The notes under the pieces: generated by a model | Database searches by the model: none | What the model was told of the DNA's origin: nothing | The model's input: only the letters and a program-made list of their open reading frames with translations | Shown: positions 12,603 to 23,773 of the stretch, one piece after another | Numbering within the stretch: the stretch's first letter is position 1 | Layout of the letters: every line of letters begins with the position of its first letter | Origin: Podarcis vaucheri | Lineage: Eukaryota | Strand: one strand, 5' to 3' | Assembly (NCBI GenBank): GCA_965113315.1 | Contig: OZ220372.1 | DNA length: 64,000 nt | Position numbers and translations under genes: made by a program

Positions 12603-12934
12603 CTACAACAAGGAATCGGTGAAGAGAGAGAGTTATTGGTTCAAGTACCCACCCCTGCTAGCCCTCCCCACTCCCTGCCCAGGATTCAAAGCACTCTGTA
12701 AGAGAAATTGCATACATAAGAGAAGCAAGACAGGGAAAGAGAGAGACAGAAACAGAAGAAACAAGAAATCATGCAACTCTATAATAAATATATACACATA
12801 CATATATACGGTATATACTGTAAAGACAGGGGGAGGATAAAGTATTCCCTGGTAAATAGGCAGGGAGGACAGGCAGGCATGGATTTCCAGGCAGAGAAGG
12901 AGAGCAGGCTGGACTCTGTATGAGGATTTGTCAC

Positions 12935-13088
12935 CTATACTGGTTTGTATCAAGATGAGACACTGCACTGTTATTTTGCGGGACATTAAGGAAGGATCCA
13001 CAAACATTCTCCAGTAGGGAGGGAATTCGGGGAAGGATACATCTCCATTCAAGAGAGTAGGGGAAGGCGTTGGGCTGGGTCGTCTCAT
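12935..13088 (-). CDS. Candidate internal alternative first exon: MRRPSPTPSPTLLNGDVSFPEFPPYWRMFVDPSLMSRKITVQCLILIQTSI
   Basis: ATG to donor ATAG|gtgaca is 154 nt (phase 1), in frame with the 12552-12602 exon. No pyrimidine-tract acceptor upstream. X-box-like motif at 13124-13137. Confidence 0.3.
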
Positions 13089-14069
13089 TTCATCCTTCTT
13101 TTTATTCAGCTACATTGTTTTGTGTTGGCTAGGCAACCAGAAAAGTACTAGGGTCTTCACTCTTGCAGCTTCTTTTTGGTAAGTTTTTTCACCTCCGGTG
13201 TAAATCCATAAACAAGCCCAATGGAATCTGGGATCTTTCATTTAAGATTGACCTTGGGAAAGCTAAGGGCATAGCCAACTCTTTGGTAACTTTTCTCACA
13301 CATCTACATTCCTGCGATCACTTTCCATAAATGGCAGATACTGTTTTATAGGATGTGTTGTCAGAAGTAGGAAACATGAAATGGCCACATGGGCCACAGG
13401 TGTCTGGATTTGGGCAAGGAACTCAACACCACATAGCTAAGAAAAACTAAGCAGTTGCCATGCCCCTTCTGCAGAATGTAAGGGTTCTTCCCCTAAAATA
13501 AATATGTTCTACAAAGAGTCTCCATTCTGACCCAAACAAAAACCCCTCCAGTTTAAATAGGGCATCCAGTATGCCTAATAATCATGTCAATGTCTGATGG
13601 GAGTATATAACATTTGGAAATCTTTATACATTCTGGTAAACTATGAAGAGCCTTATTAAAGCAGTAATGATGTATGCAACAGACTTTAGGGTCACTTAAC
13701 TCAAGAGAACAAAAATATGTATGGATATTCTTAAAGCAGTTCTTAAATCCTCTGAACTGCTCATCATAAAGGGTTTCCTTATGTTTTCAGCATGGCACTT
13801 TTCAAATTAATTTATTTCTAATCAGAAATAAAATGTCAATTGTTACTTTAGTTTCAACCCCTGGGAAGGAAGCACCACGACAGACTCAAGAAAATTGGTG
13901 TCAGAGTTGGTCCAATGCTCAAAAATTTCACTTGGGTCAAGACAGGTTTGGACCTTCTATTATGCAAGCTGAGCCAGTTGGCCTCAGGTGCCAGATATTT
14001 TGGGGGAAACAATTAAAGGCCACCGAACTATAATTAATTATTATTACTACCAAGTAGTAAAGGGCACTA

Positions 14070-14315
14070 CAGTCGTACCTCCTGAACGCCCTGGAACTCA
14101 GACATTTTGGCTCCTGAACGCCGGAAATTCAGAAGTGATTGTTCCGGTTTGCGAACGTTCTTTTGGAATCTGAACGTCCAATGGGGCTTCCGCAGTTTAT
14201 GATTGGCTGCAGGAGCTTCCTGCAGCCAATCAGAAGCTGCAAATTGGTTTCCAAATGTTTTGGAAGTCGTACAGACTTCTGGAACAGATTCCATTCGCCT
14301 TCCAAGGTACGACTG
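14070..14315 (-). mobile_element. Tc1/mariner-type MITE, same family as 5610-5843, inverted orientation
   Basis: TA|CAGTCGTACCT ... AGGTACGACTG|TA. Its reverse complement aligns by eye along the whole 5610 copy. Confidence 0.9.
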
Positions 14316-17300
14316 TACTTGGATTTTCTGCCTGGAATACCAAAGTGCATTGGGCTGTTTATGGAATGCACAAAGTATGTTCCTTTGACACATCACACAA
14401 TAAGATGAACTTCAGTTTTCAATATATAAAGTAGCATAGAAAGTGTACAAAAGTGCTCCAGGCAGAAAATCACTTCCTATGTAAACACAATGTCTACATA
14501 CGGCAAGGGCATGTATGCTGTGTGTTTATTACAACATGATAAGCACATACCATGTCTGCTTCACCACAAGTGCACATAGTAGGAGAGCTTTTGTGTATTT
14601 GTCCCAGGTTAAAGTGTGCATGCAATGCTCTTAACATTAGAAGCAGTATCAATTGCATGAAATGGACACAAAATTCTAATTAACCCATACACAAGGAAAC
14701 TGTTTTAACAATAAAGAATGGGTAGTTTGGGGAAGGTGTTCTCTTCCCATCTGCATTACCAAAGCAGAAGCTCCTTTTCCAGCAAACCTATTACTAGCCA
14801 TTAAGAGAATAGGGCTTTGTAACTGTAGTCTGCAAGGCATATCGGTTTGGCCAATACTACGTACGCTGCATAAGGCAGTCAAGGTTGTTTGGACAGTATA
14901 CAGAAATAAGTTACTGCTGATATTGAAGGTGTGTAAGGAAAAAGAGGTTTTAAGGCACATGAAAATCTAAAAAATTAACAATTCTCTCATCTCAAGAAAC
15001 AAGAGCATGCCCCATTAACAGTCTATTTTTCATGGGATTACTGAATAAATCCTGAATTCAAAAGGCAATTATTAATACTCATAGGCACACCTGTGAGGCC
15101 CAAAAATAAGCCAGCCTTTTCATTTGTCTCTCCCTCTCCACTTCCCCATCACATTTTAGATATCTAAAGCCATCTCTAATAATTTTCTGCTTGCCAAAGC
15201 ACCACCACTGCCCATGAAGTGTGGCAAGTAAAGCCCTCAGTTGTTTGCAAAGCTCCTCAAATTCTGATGACACCACCTATAAGGATGCTGGGGGACAATG
15301 AAATGAATGTCAGGTGACAAAAAAAGAGTTTGAGATGGCTGTAGACTGTTGAATGTAGAGGTGCATAATTCTTTCCATTCTTTTAAAACTATATACCTGC
15401 ATTCATTTTATGAAACAATTTAAACAACAATATTTAAATAGTTGTAAAAGTATTCCAGGGATTAAGTTGGACTGAGTACATTATTTGGCCCCAGCTGATG
15501 CTGTGAGCTACCACTAGCAAAAAGCTGCACTCTGCAGTCCTACCAAAACATATTCTCTATAGATTCTCTCCCTTTCAAGTTGAAGGCAATCAAATTCTCT
15601 CTGATGCAACAAGAATGACTCTAAAAGGCTGCAAAAAGCATTTTAAACCAGAGTCAACTGCAGGATAAAATAAGCAAGTTTGGGCAGCTAGTGGTGATGG
15701 CACTATCAAAATGTACTCATTAACTCAAAAATGTTAATATCTGTATGTAGCTTTAGGGAAGACTGCCTTTGAAAATAAGGACAAGGTATGATGCTCAGTT
15801 TGTGATTGTGGTGCACTAGATGTTGCTGGTTTCAATCTTAAAGAGATTGAGTCCCACACAGTTCCCTCCCCGGGGCTCCCTTGCAGGTGCCAAGATCACT
15901 GTAGGCCACTCTCTGCAAAGTAATTTTCAACTGTAAGGATACATAAGGCTTCCTGAGGTCTAATCCACAATTATGGAATTCCTAATTTGCCAAAACCTGG
16001 GTATCTAACACAGTTAGGGAAAGTCTCCAGTAACTGGGGTGTCATTTGGTGGTCAAGGATAGCACACAAGGGATTAAAATTTAATTCATCCTGTGTTGCC
16101 TTTGATATTGTTATATCTGTCTCAAATAGGCTGTTATTTACCAGGAAATTTCAGAACAGGGCAGGATATACATTGTAATAAAAAGAAATACATTGTAATA
16201 ATTAAGTGTAATGTTCAGGTAGTATCTGTTCTTAGTGCACTGATCAAGTGACAGTATTGAGAATGCCTTGTCCGGTCACTTATAATCCTACCACATTCCT
16301 ATTGGAAATTTCAGTGTGTCAATCCAAGCTTCAAATAAAGCAGAAAAACAATTCTTCCAGGCTGTTTTGAGGAAAGTCAATTTAGTTACATTTCCTTCCC
16401 AAACTTAAGGTCAGTAAAACAAAAGGCATATCTCAAAATTAAGTTCAATTCATTTTCACCAAGTAGCTTGCCTCTTACACCTCTGGTAAATGGATCATGT
16501 GAAATAACCTGGGCCTTTGTGTGTTTGCCTCTACTCGTTTCTCAAGGAAGGAGTGTTAGGATACATCAAGCGAGGAAAGCATCATCTAGCTATGTTCTCT
16601 CCCACGGATGAACTAGACATTATGGCAGACACAGGGCTACAGGTAAAACAGTATTCTCATTACTACTTCTTCCTCCCCTATAAGGTCTAGTGAAACTCAC
16701 CATGTGATGTGGCACTGTCTTGCAGTGAGTTCTCTCACCTCGGCACCCAATGAAGGAGGGAGGGAGGCAGGGAAAGTCAAGAGTGACGACATCACGTTTC
16801 ATAGCAAATTTCACTGGCCATTAAGAAGGGTATGTGGGCAGAAGACTACATACAGAGTTTTGGGTTTTCAGTAGCAGTCCTGTGTGTGCAGTAACATCTA
16901 GTTCTGCTCTTAATGTCTTTCATCTATGTTAATTCCAAGTACCATTCATTAGACCAGGCCATTAAGTATAGAGGTTCATTCTATTAACAGCAGATGACGA
17001 TGACAACTGTTTCACATGTTGTATTGAATTTCATTCTACATGCCTTGAAGCGGTGTATGATTTTGCAGAGATTATGTGGTACTTGCTGGGGCTGTTCTGT
17101 GATGGTCCCTTATGAGGGTGCTAATGCTGATTCAAGGCACAGTGAAATAAAAAACACAAACTTATATCAATTAATCTCTTCTCTTTTTCATCTTGCTGGG
17201 CAAAGTGGAGGCTTCCTTGCCACGACCAAGTTTTATTTCCTAAAGGAAAGCTAGCAGATGGGTAACCTATATGTATTACCACCTTTTTCCAAGATGCAAC

Positions 17301-17590
17301 TAATAATTGGACAAAACTTTGTCCTGAAGAAGTGAGACGTATTTTCAGAGCAAATGAAACCCAGCTAAGGGATCTTGCCATTTAGATAGCTTCACAGGCA
17401 GAGAAGCCCAAGATCTGATAGAGAAGGGAAATGGTGAATTTTAATTCATTTGTTTAAAAAGATAATTTAATAAAAGAACTTGCAGTTTAGGAAGAGACCA
17501 GTCTGTATAGCTAGCACACAGGTTGCTATGAACCTTTGCATAAAAATGTAATAAGAAAAGAAAAACACAAGATGGAAGACTGGAAGGTAC

Positions 17591-17684
17591 CTGCTTCTCC
17601 CCTAAGAGCCTTCTCAACAGCAACTCCCCTCTCCTCCAGCTGCCTTTGCTTCTCTTCTACTTGCTCCAGCTGTCGTTGGATAAT
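17591..17684 (-). CDS. MICAL3: MICAL3 coding exon (94 nt), bMERB: IIQRQLEQVEEKQRQLEERGVAVEKALRGEA
   Basis: Acceptor tcttttcccatag|ATT, donor GCAG|gtacct, phase 0 to 1. Typical bMERB sequence. Confidence 0.97.
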
Positions 17685-18754
17685 CTATGGGAAAAGAGGG
17701 AAAACACACACATAGGTTCCCATTCTCCTGTGTTCAAATGGCAGGATACTAATTTCAAGAATCTCCAGTGCTTCCAAAGCAGACCAGCGCCACCTAAGCG
17801 CTGTCCCAGAGGCACACACCAGAGGGGCCTTAAGGTTTTGTAACTGATGATCAACTCCTGGGGGAAAAGGGAGCATTGATGTTTTCCAAACAGTGGCCCA
17901 TCTGGGAATTCCACCCCCCCCCCCAAGTACCTGGTTGGGCAACATGCTCTCTATGTGTCCTTAAAAATGGTGGGTGAAGGATTCAGGGTGTGCGCACTAT
18001 GGGGACCAGGGGCTCGTCTGCACTTTTGCTTTCCCCCAGGGAAATCTCCTCTTTAGCACTGAAGAGTGGGTTTTCATGAGGCAAGCAGCGGGGCGAACAG
18101 AAAACTTCTCAGACTCATGCTTTCTAGGCATGGGACAAGCAAAGTATGGACAAGCCCTAGATGTGTGGGAAGTACTCACACACCTTTCTCAAAAATACCT
18201 TCAAATAATTTGGAATCTTTCCTCAAATCCTACCTTTTCCACAACATCTCTTAACCACAACCCCCTACTATATTTGAGTTATATGAATTTGTGTATATTC
18301 TTCCTCTTGCCCCAGTGCCCACCTTCCTCTCCTTTGTCTCCATTTGGTCAAAATCTAGACTGAAAGCTCCTCAGGGCAGGGATATGCCTTTTTGTTTGTG
18401 CTGCTGTGTGAAATGTCTTCAGGATATTGATAAGTCACACATTCTCCAGCTACTGTTTCGGATCCGTACAAGGCAGAAGTGTACATAGGTATATGCTCAT
18501 ACTGGTGTCTTACAAAAGCGGCACTCCAGGCAGCAACAAGAGAGTAATATGTATCAAACCTTACATGTAGGAAGTGCAGTTAATTATGGGAAAACTTCAG
18601 GACCATACCAACAGACAGGTCAATGTAATGTGACCTTCCTCGAGACATGCAGTTTGCTGATGCACACTGCAAAGATGTGCACATAGAAGGTCATCTTCTT
18701 AAACGCTCATGATTTTTTCTTCCTGGAAATTATGGATGAAAATTATGGCTTTAC

Positions 18755-18862
18755 CTGAGCCCTGTGTAACCTCTTCAGCTCCTCCTGCTTGGCTTGACGG
18801 CGAGCAGCTTTCTGCACCCGCCTGGTCAGTTTGGCATTGAGCTCATCCTCCGTGTATGCTTT
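18755..18862 (-). CDS. MICAL3: MICAL3 coding exon (108 nt), start of bMERB/coiled coil: KAYTEDELNAKLTRRVQKAARRQAKQEELKRLHRAQ
   Basis: Acceptor ctctctttattgctgcag|AAA, donor CAG|gtaaag, phase 0-0. Confidence 0.97.
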
Positions 18863-20487
18863 CTGCAGCAATAAAGAGAGGAATGCATTTCAGTCCCTTA
18901 CAACAAAGCTGTCAGCCTCAGTAAGTAGGAACAGAAGGTGCTACTTGCTGGGCTTTCTTCTCAGTGGGCAAACTGTCAATTTGAGTGCTAACAGTGCAGT
19001 GCGTGGGCCTTGGTGCAGAAGTAAGGTGTGAAGGAAAGGCATGAATCAGGTGCAAAGCAGTGATTTAACAGAGAGCTTCCAGTTACAGCTGCATTCTCTT
19101 CAATTCTCCTTGTGGCTTGCCCTAAAGATAGGAGGTGTCCCTGATTTCATCAACTTTCTTACAAAGAAGGGAGCCTATTGTATTACTTTTTGACCTAGGC
19201 AAAGTAAAAAAAAATAAACCCATGACCAAATCATCTTACAAAGTAGGCTGAGAGTTCGTTGTAGATTAAAGCACGTGGTATACTGCCTACTTCCTTGTGC
19301 TACCATGAGTCCAGGTTGCAACTCCTACCAATCACTTAATCAGCAGGGCATGGAACCACTCAACCTGCATTTTCAATGCAACAATAGAGGAAACTCATGA
19401 TCCAAAGGCCTATGTAATGCACTAAAGGCCTATGTAATCACTTCAACCTGCAAGAGGGAATAATGGCGATATGAATTCTTTCCTATATTAAAAAGTCAAT
19501 TCTTAGCACATACAAAACTAGAACACAATGAGGAAAGCTACACAAATATCCTTCCAGTTAACATAAAAACATTCTAGGCAAGCATACAACTGTGAGAGCA
19601 CCCTAACGGCAGTCTTAAATGGTCAAGTAGCAGTTGTGTCACATGGGCCTGCTGATCATACAACTTAACTATAAATTTGTGGTGTGAACTAGCTCTATGG
19701 GGTTATAAGCTGCCTATGTCTTCTAGTTTTATGGACACATGCTCCAGTGTCTTTTAAACATCTTGTCAAAATCATTAATATACACAACTAGTTTCAAGAT
19801 AGACATGCAACTTACAGAGTTGCTTTGGGGCTGAGAAATCACATCCATGTTGTAACAAGATGTGTGGAGCATGTGTTTTCCTAACCTATTATCCTCCCTT
19901 GACAATTCAGAGCTGCCCCTCATTGACACAAATATCCCAGCATCCCCTATTACCTTCATGCCATTTTAAAAAATCAAGTCAACAAGATTTGGGTGGCTGA
20001 AATCCTGGTCAGATTAGAGATTGGAAGTCATTAGCGTTACCAGAGTTTATTAGTGCTAAAAAGATGCTAAATCACAGGAAGATCACTTTGGAGCCCCACA
20101 AAGCCCATACCTAACATTTTCACCGGTAGCTTATGTAAGTATTTGGCCACAGAATGTGTAAAAGTGATGTGTTTGCCCTGAGAAAAGCAAATCCGTGAAT
20201 TGCCTCTTTCACTGTTTTCTTATTCAAGACTCCAACCTGAAACCAAGTGCTACTTCTCATATTATTTTTATATGTTAAAATCCACACTTCAGCAGGAAAA
20301 CCTGCATTTCCTAAGCTGAGAATGCTTGCACATTTCTTTCCCATTTGGCTTAATGTATGCATCAAGAAGTTGAAGCATATACTATGCCAAAAGAAGAAAA
20401 CACACCGGGATGACAACTCTCACACTACAATGTGCACGCCTTCATAGATGTGTAGATTTCGACACACAAAATGGTAACATGAGAATA

Positions 20488-20920
20488 CAGTGGTGCCTCG
20501 CAAGACAAAATTAATTCGTTCCGCAAGTTTTTTCTTCTTGCGAGTTTTTCGTCTTGCGAAGCACGGTTTCCCATAGGAATGCATTGAAAATCAATCAATG
20601 CGTTCCTATGGAGACCGTCCGGGGACAGAGGGGAAGCGCCGCGCGCCTTCTCCTCTCTCCCCGGACCCCTTTTGAACCAAGGGGCGGCAACGGGGAGAAG
20701 CGATCTTCTTCCCGCCGCCCCTTGCTTCAAAAGAGGTCCGGGGACAGCGGGGAAGACGCGCTGCGCTTCCCCGCTATCCCCGGAGCTTGCGGGGCAAGCT
20801 TCGTTTTGCGAAGCAAGCCCATAGGGAAATGCGTCTTGCGAAGCGGCTAAGAAAACGAAAAACTCCTTCGTCTAGCGAGTTTTCCGTCTTCTGAGGCGTT
20901 CGTCTTGCGGGGCACCACTG
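20488..20920. mobile_element. Young CpG-rich Tc1/mariner (pogo/Tigger-like) MITE
   Basis: TA|CAGTGGTGCCTCGCAAGAC ... GTCTTGCGGGGCACCACTG|TA (18/19 TIR match). Many intact CpGs. Confidence 0.92.
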
Positions 20921-21349
20921 TATAACCTGTGAGCAGAGTTGGAAGGCATCGCTGCACAACAAACTTGATACTGGTTTCTCCCAAGAATCTTGAGAACTGT
21001 AGCTCGCTGAGAAGTCAGTTTGACATATCTAGGTCACACTCACATAGAACTCAAGAGTTCCTTAGGGAAATGGAACAGGTACAAAACCAATTACAGCCAC
21101 TGATGTGAATGTGCTTAGAATGGGAAGAGGGGCAACTGAGGTGATATTGTGATACCTCAGCTTTTATCAATAATTCAGAATTAACCAAATGATTTGGAGA
21201 ACTGTGGGAATCAACACAAGTATTTGCAAAAGTTGTTGCTGTTGTTGTTGGTAAAATGATGCTTGTTTTGTGCACTCTACCTATGTGTATACTTATATTT
21301 TTTACACTAACTTATATGAGTGTACAGAAACAATAAATGATAATGGCCA

Positions 21350-21565
21350 AGGCTACTGTGTGGCATGGTGATTAGAGTAGAGGACTACAATTGGGGAGAT
21401 CCAAGCTCAAATCTCCATTCAGCTCACTGGGTGACCTTCAGCTGATCTCTTCCTCTCAGCTTACCCTACCTATCAGGGTTGTTGTGAGGATAAAATGGGG
21501 AAATCTTGTAAGCCACCTTGATCTCCTTGGAGGATGAGCAGAATAAAAATACAATAAATAATAAA
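21350..21565 (+). mobile_element. Degenerate tRNA/CORE-type SINE (related copies near 26790-26990 on + and 8880-9000 on -)
   Basis: GTGTGGCATGGTGATTAGAGT...GGGTGACCTT...CAGGGTTGTTGTGAGGATAAAATGGG...TAAGCCACCTTG and an A-rich tail. Confidence 0.65.
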
Positions 21566-21703
21566 GTAAAATAATTTCAATTTATACCAGATGTAAGTAA
21601 GTACCTAATATGTCCAGCAAAATACCCTTTAAAACCTTTTTAAAAGCAACAAACAAAGATCAACAGGTTCTCTCTCTCTGGTTGATCCTTGATGCACATA
21701 CTG

Positions 21704-21879
21704 CATGCATTTCAAGTGAGCATGAAGGTTTAGGATTTGACATTTCCTTGATCAGGTTGTCCTTATTTTCTTTTAACCATTTCATACATGCACAGTCAGG
21801 AATTACATTAGTACAAACAAAGGCAGGGAGATGGGACATAGACTATAGTTCTGGTAGGTTAATAATGGGAATGCATGCA
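21704..21879 (-). promoter_or_regulatory. Cluster of three RBFOX elements (TGCATG) downstream of the 51-nt cassette exon
   Basis: CATGCA on + at 21874, 21787 and 21704. Confidence 0.65.
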
Positions 21880-21912
21880 ACTGTGGCCAGTCAATGAGAA
21901 TGGAGACACTAC

Positions 21913-21963
21913 CTTTGACGCGTATGATCTCTTGAATGCCAAGGCGTGTGGGACGTAAATCGA
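21913..21963 (-). CDS. MICAL3: MICAL3 cassette exon (51 nt): SIYVPHALAFKRSYASK
   Basis: Acceptor cctcccccttttaaag|TCG, donor AAG|gtagtg, phase 0-0, CpG-rich. Resembles an insert I recall from some vertebrate MICAL3 isoforms just before bMERB. Confidence 0.82.
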
Positions 21964-23414
21964 CTTTAAAAGGGGGAGGGGGAAGGAATGGCAAAGGCAA
22001 AAATAAATAAATAATAAAACCCACACACGTAAAATGGAGCACAGTCAGTTAAACATTAAAACGCTGAAAACAAAATGAACAGTAACAAACACAAAGGTTG
22101 CTCGAAGTGCAACATGGCACTATGTATGAGGGTGAATGCTTCAGAATCAGGAAACAAATACTTGACCAGGCCTGCACTGCCTGTGACCCAAACCCAAATG
22201 CAACCTACAAGCCATGTATTGTAGCCTGTCAGATGTACAACCCTACCCCCTACCCAACCCCCGCTGCCAATTTTGGTAGTCACAGGCAACAGAAAGAGTT
22301 GGTTCATCAAAGTCTTGGTGCACTAATATACATGGCTTGGGAGCACTCTTCAGCTTGGGAGATGGCAGGGATCACAACTTGTGGAAGTCCAGGCCAGACC
22401 AATTTAGGTACAACATAGCAACAAAGCAGCTGTTTTTAATTAAGAGACGTTATTATTGTTGCTCAGCCTACTGATTCACTATCATAAGCCTAAATGCATG
22501 CAGAAGCTTAACTCTCTTTGCTCCTGCATGAACAGTAAAAAGAGGATTACACAGAGCCCTCTCCTCGTTTCACTCTTCTGTTGCTTGCATCCTTGCCTGG
22601 GCCAAGGCAGAAGCAAATGGAAGTTTGCAGAGCAGGTGGATTGGAAGAAAAGGGTTCTGCAAAGCTTCTATCACTATTCAGAAGGAATAGTGGAAGGAGG
22701 GAGTTTAAAGACAACTATGGCAGTGACAGAGTTCACATGGGAGAAAGCAGCTGATCATACCCCCCCCCATATGTGTATCTGTGCTTCTCCCCCGAGGAAG
22801 AGTCACATAACTATTTCTTGTCTAATGAAACTGTGTATGAATGCCTAGTCTGACATTCAGTTCTGACTCCAATCTTCTACTTGAATTGAGATTTACCTTT
22901 ACAGACGTTATGGTTTTCCACAGGCCACCTAGGCATCCCTTCCACCCTGTTTTCACTGGAAAGCACTCAGTTAAAGAATTTTGCAAATGAAAATTTGCAC
23001 GTGGTGCTGCTTTGGATAGTTATGCAGGGCAAAGAGCCAAACAGGGCATTGAAGCCCGGTCAATTACCCTGGAAAATCTTCCTCCTCCCCAAGGCATTAC
23101 CCATCTCAGAAGTGTTATAGCAGGAATGGGGGAACTGTAGCCCTCCAGAAATTGTTGGACTACAACTCCCATCAGTCCCAGGAAGCTCAGCCAAAGGACA
23201 GGGATGAATGGTGTCCAGCAGCAGCTAGTAAACCAGAGTTTCCCCATCTCTGTTTCATAGGCTATAAGTGTGACTCTTTTTTAAAAAATGAATTGTGATT
23301 TTTCAGAACACTGAATTTTGTGCCCAGTTTTTTTGCAATTGTATGGTACCTTTTATGGAATTGCTTAAAGCACACACGTCACTCTGCCTTTCAGTACTTT
23401 CATAGTACACTTAA

Positions 23415-23773
23415 AGGTAAAGGTAAAGGTACCCCTGACCATTAGGTCCACTTGTGGCCGACTCTGGCGTTGCGGCGCTCATCTTGCTTTAGTGGCCGAG
23501 GGAGCCGGCGTACAGCTTCCGGGTCATGTGGCCAGCATGACTAAGCCACTTCTGGAGAACGACAGCAGCACATGGAAACACTGTTTACCTTCCCGCTGGA
23601 GCGATACTTGTTTATCTACTTGGACTTTGACATGCTTTCGAACTGCTAGATGGGCAGGAGCAGGGACCAAGCAACGGGAGCTCACCCCGTTGCAGGGATT
23701 TGAACTGCCGACCTTCTGATCAGCATGTCCTAGGCTCTGTGGTTTAACCCACAGCGCCACCCGAGTCCCTTGA
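23415..23773 (-). mobile_element. Sauria SINE, full length
   Basis: tRNA-like head GGGACTCGGGTGGCGCTGTGGGTTAAACC on minus strand, (ACCTTT)n tail, 16-bp TSD TTCATAGTACACTTAA (23399-23414 and 23774-23789). Confidence 0.92.

Noticed and set aside
19404-19442. Short tandem duplication AAAGGCCTATGTAAT x2 (similar ones near 16169 and 57230)
   Set aside because: Ordinary slippage duplications; two units only and no spacer structure, so not CRISPR-like.
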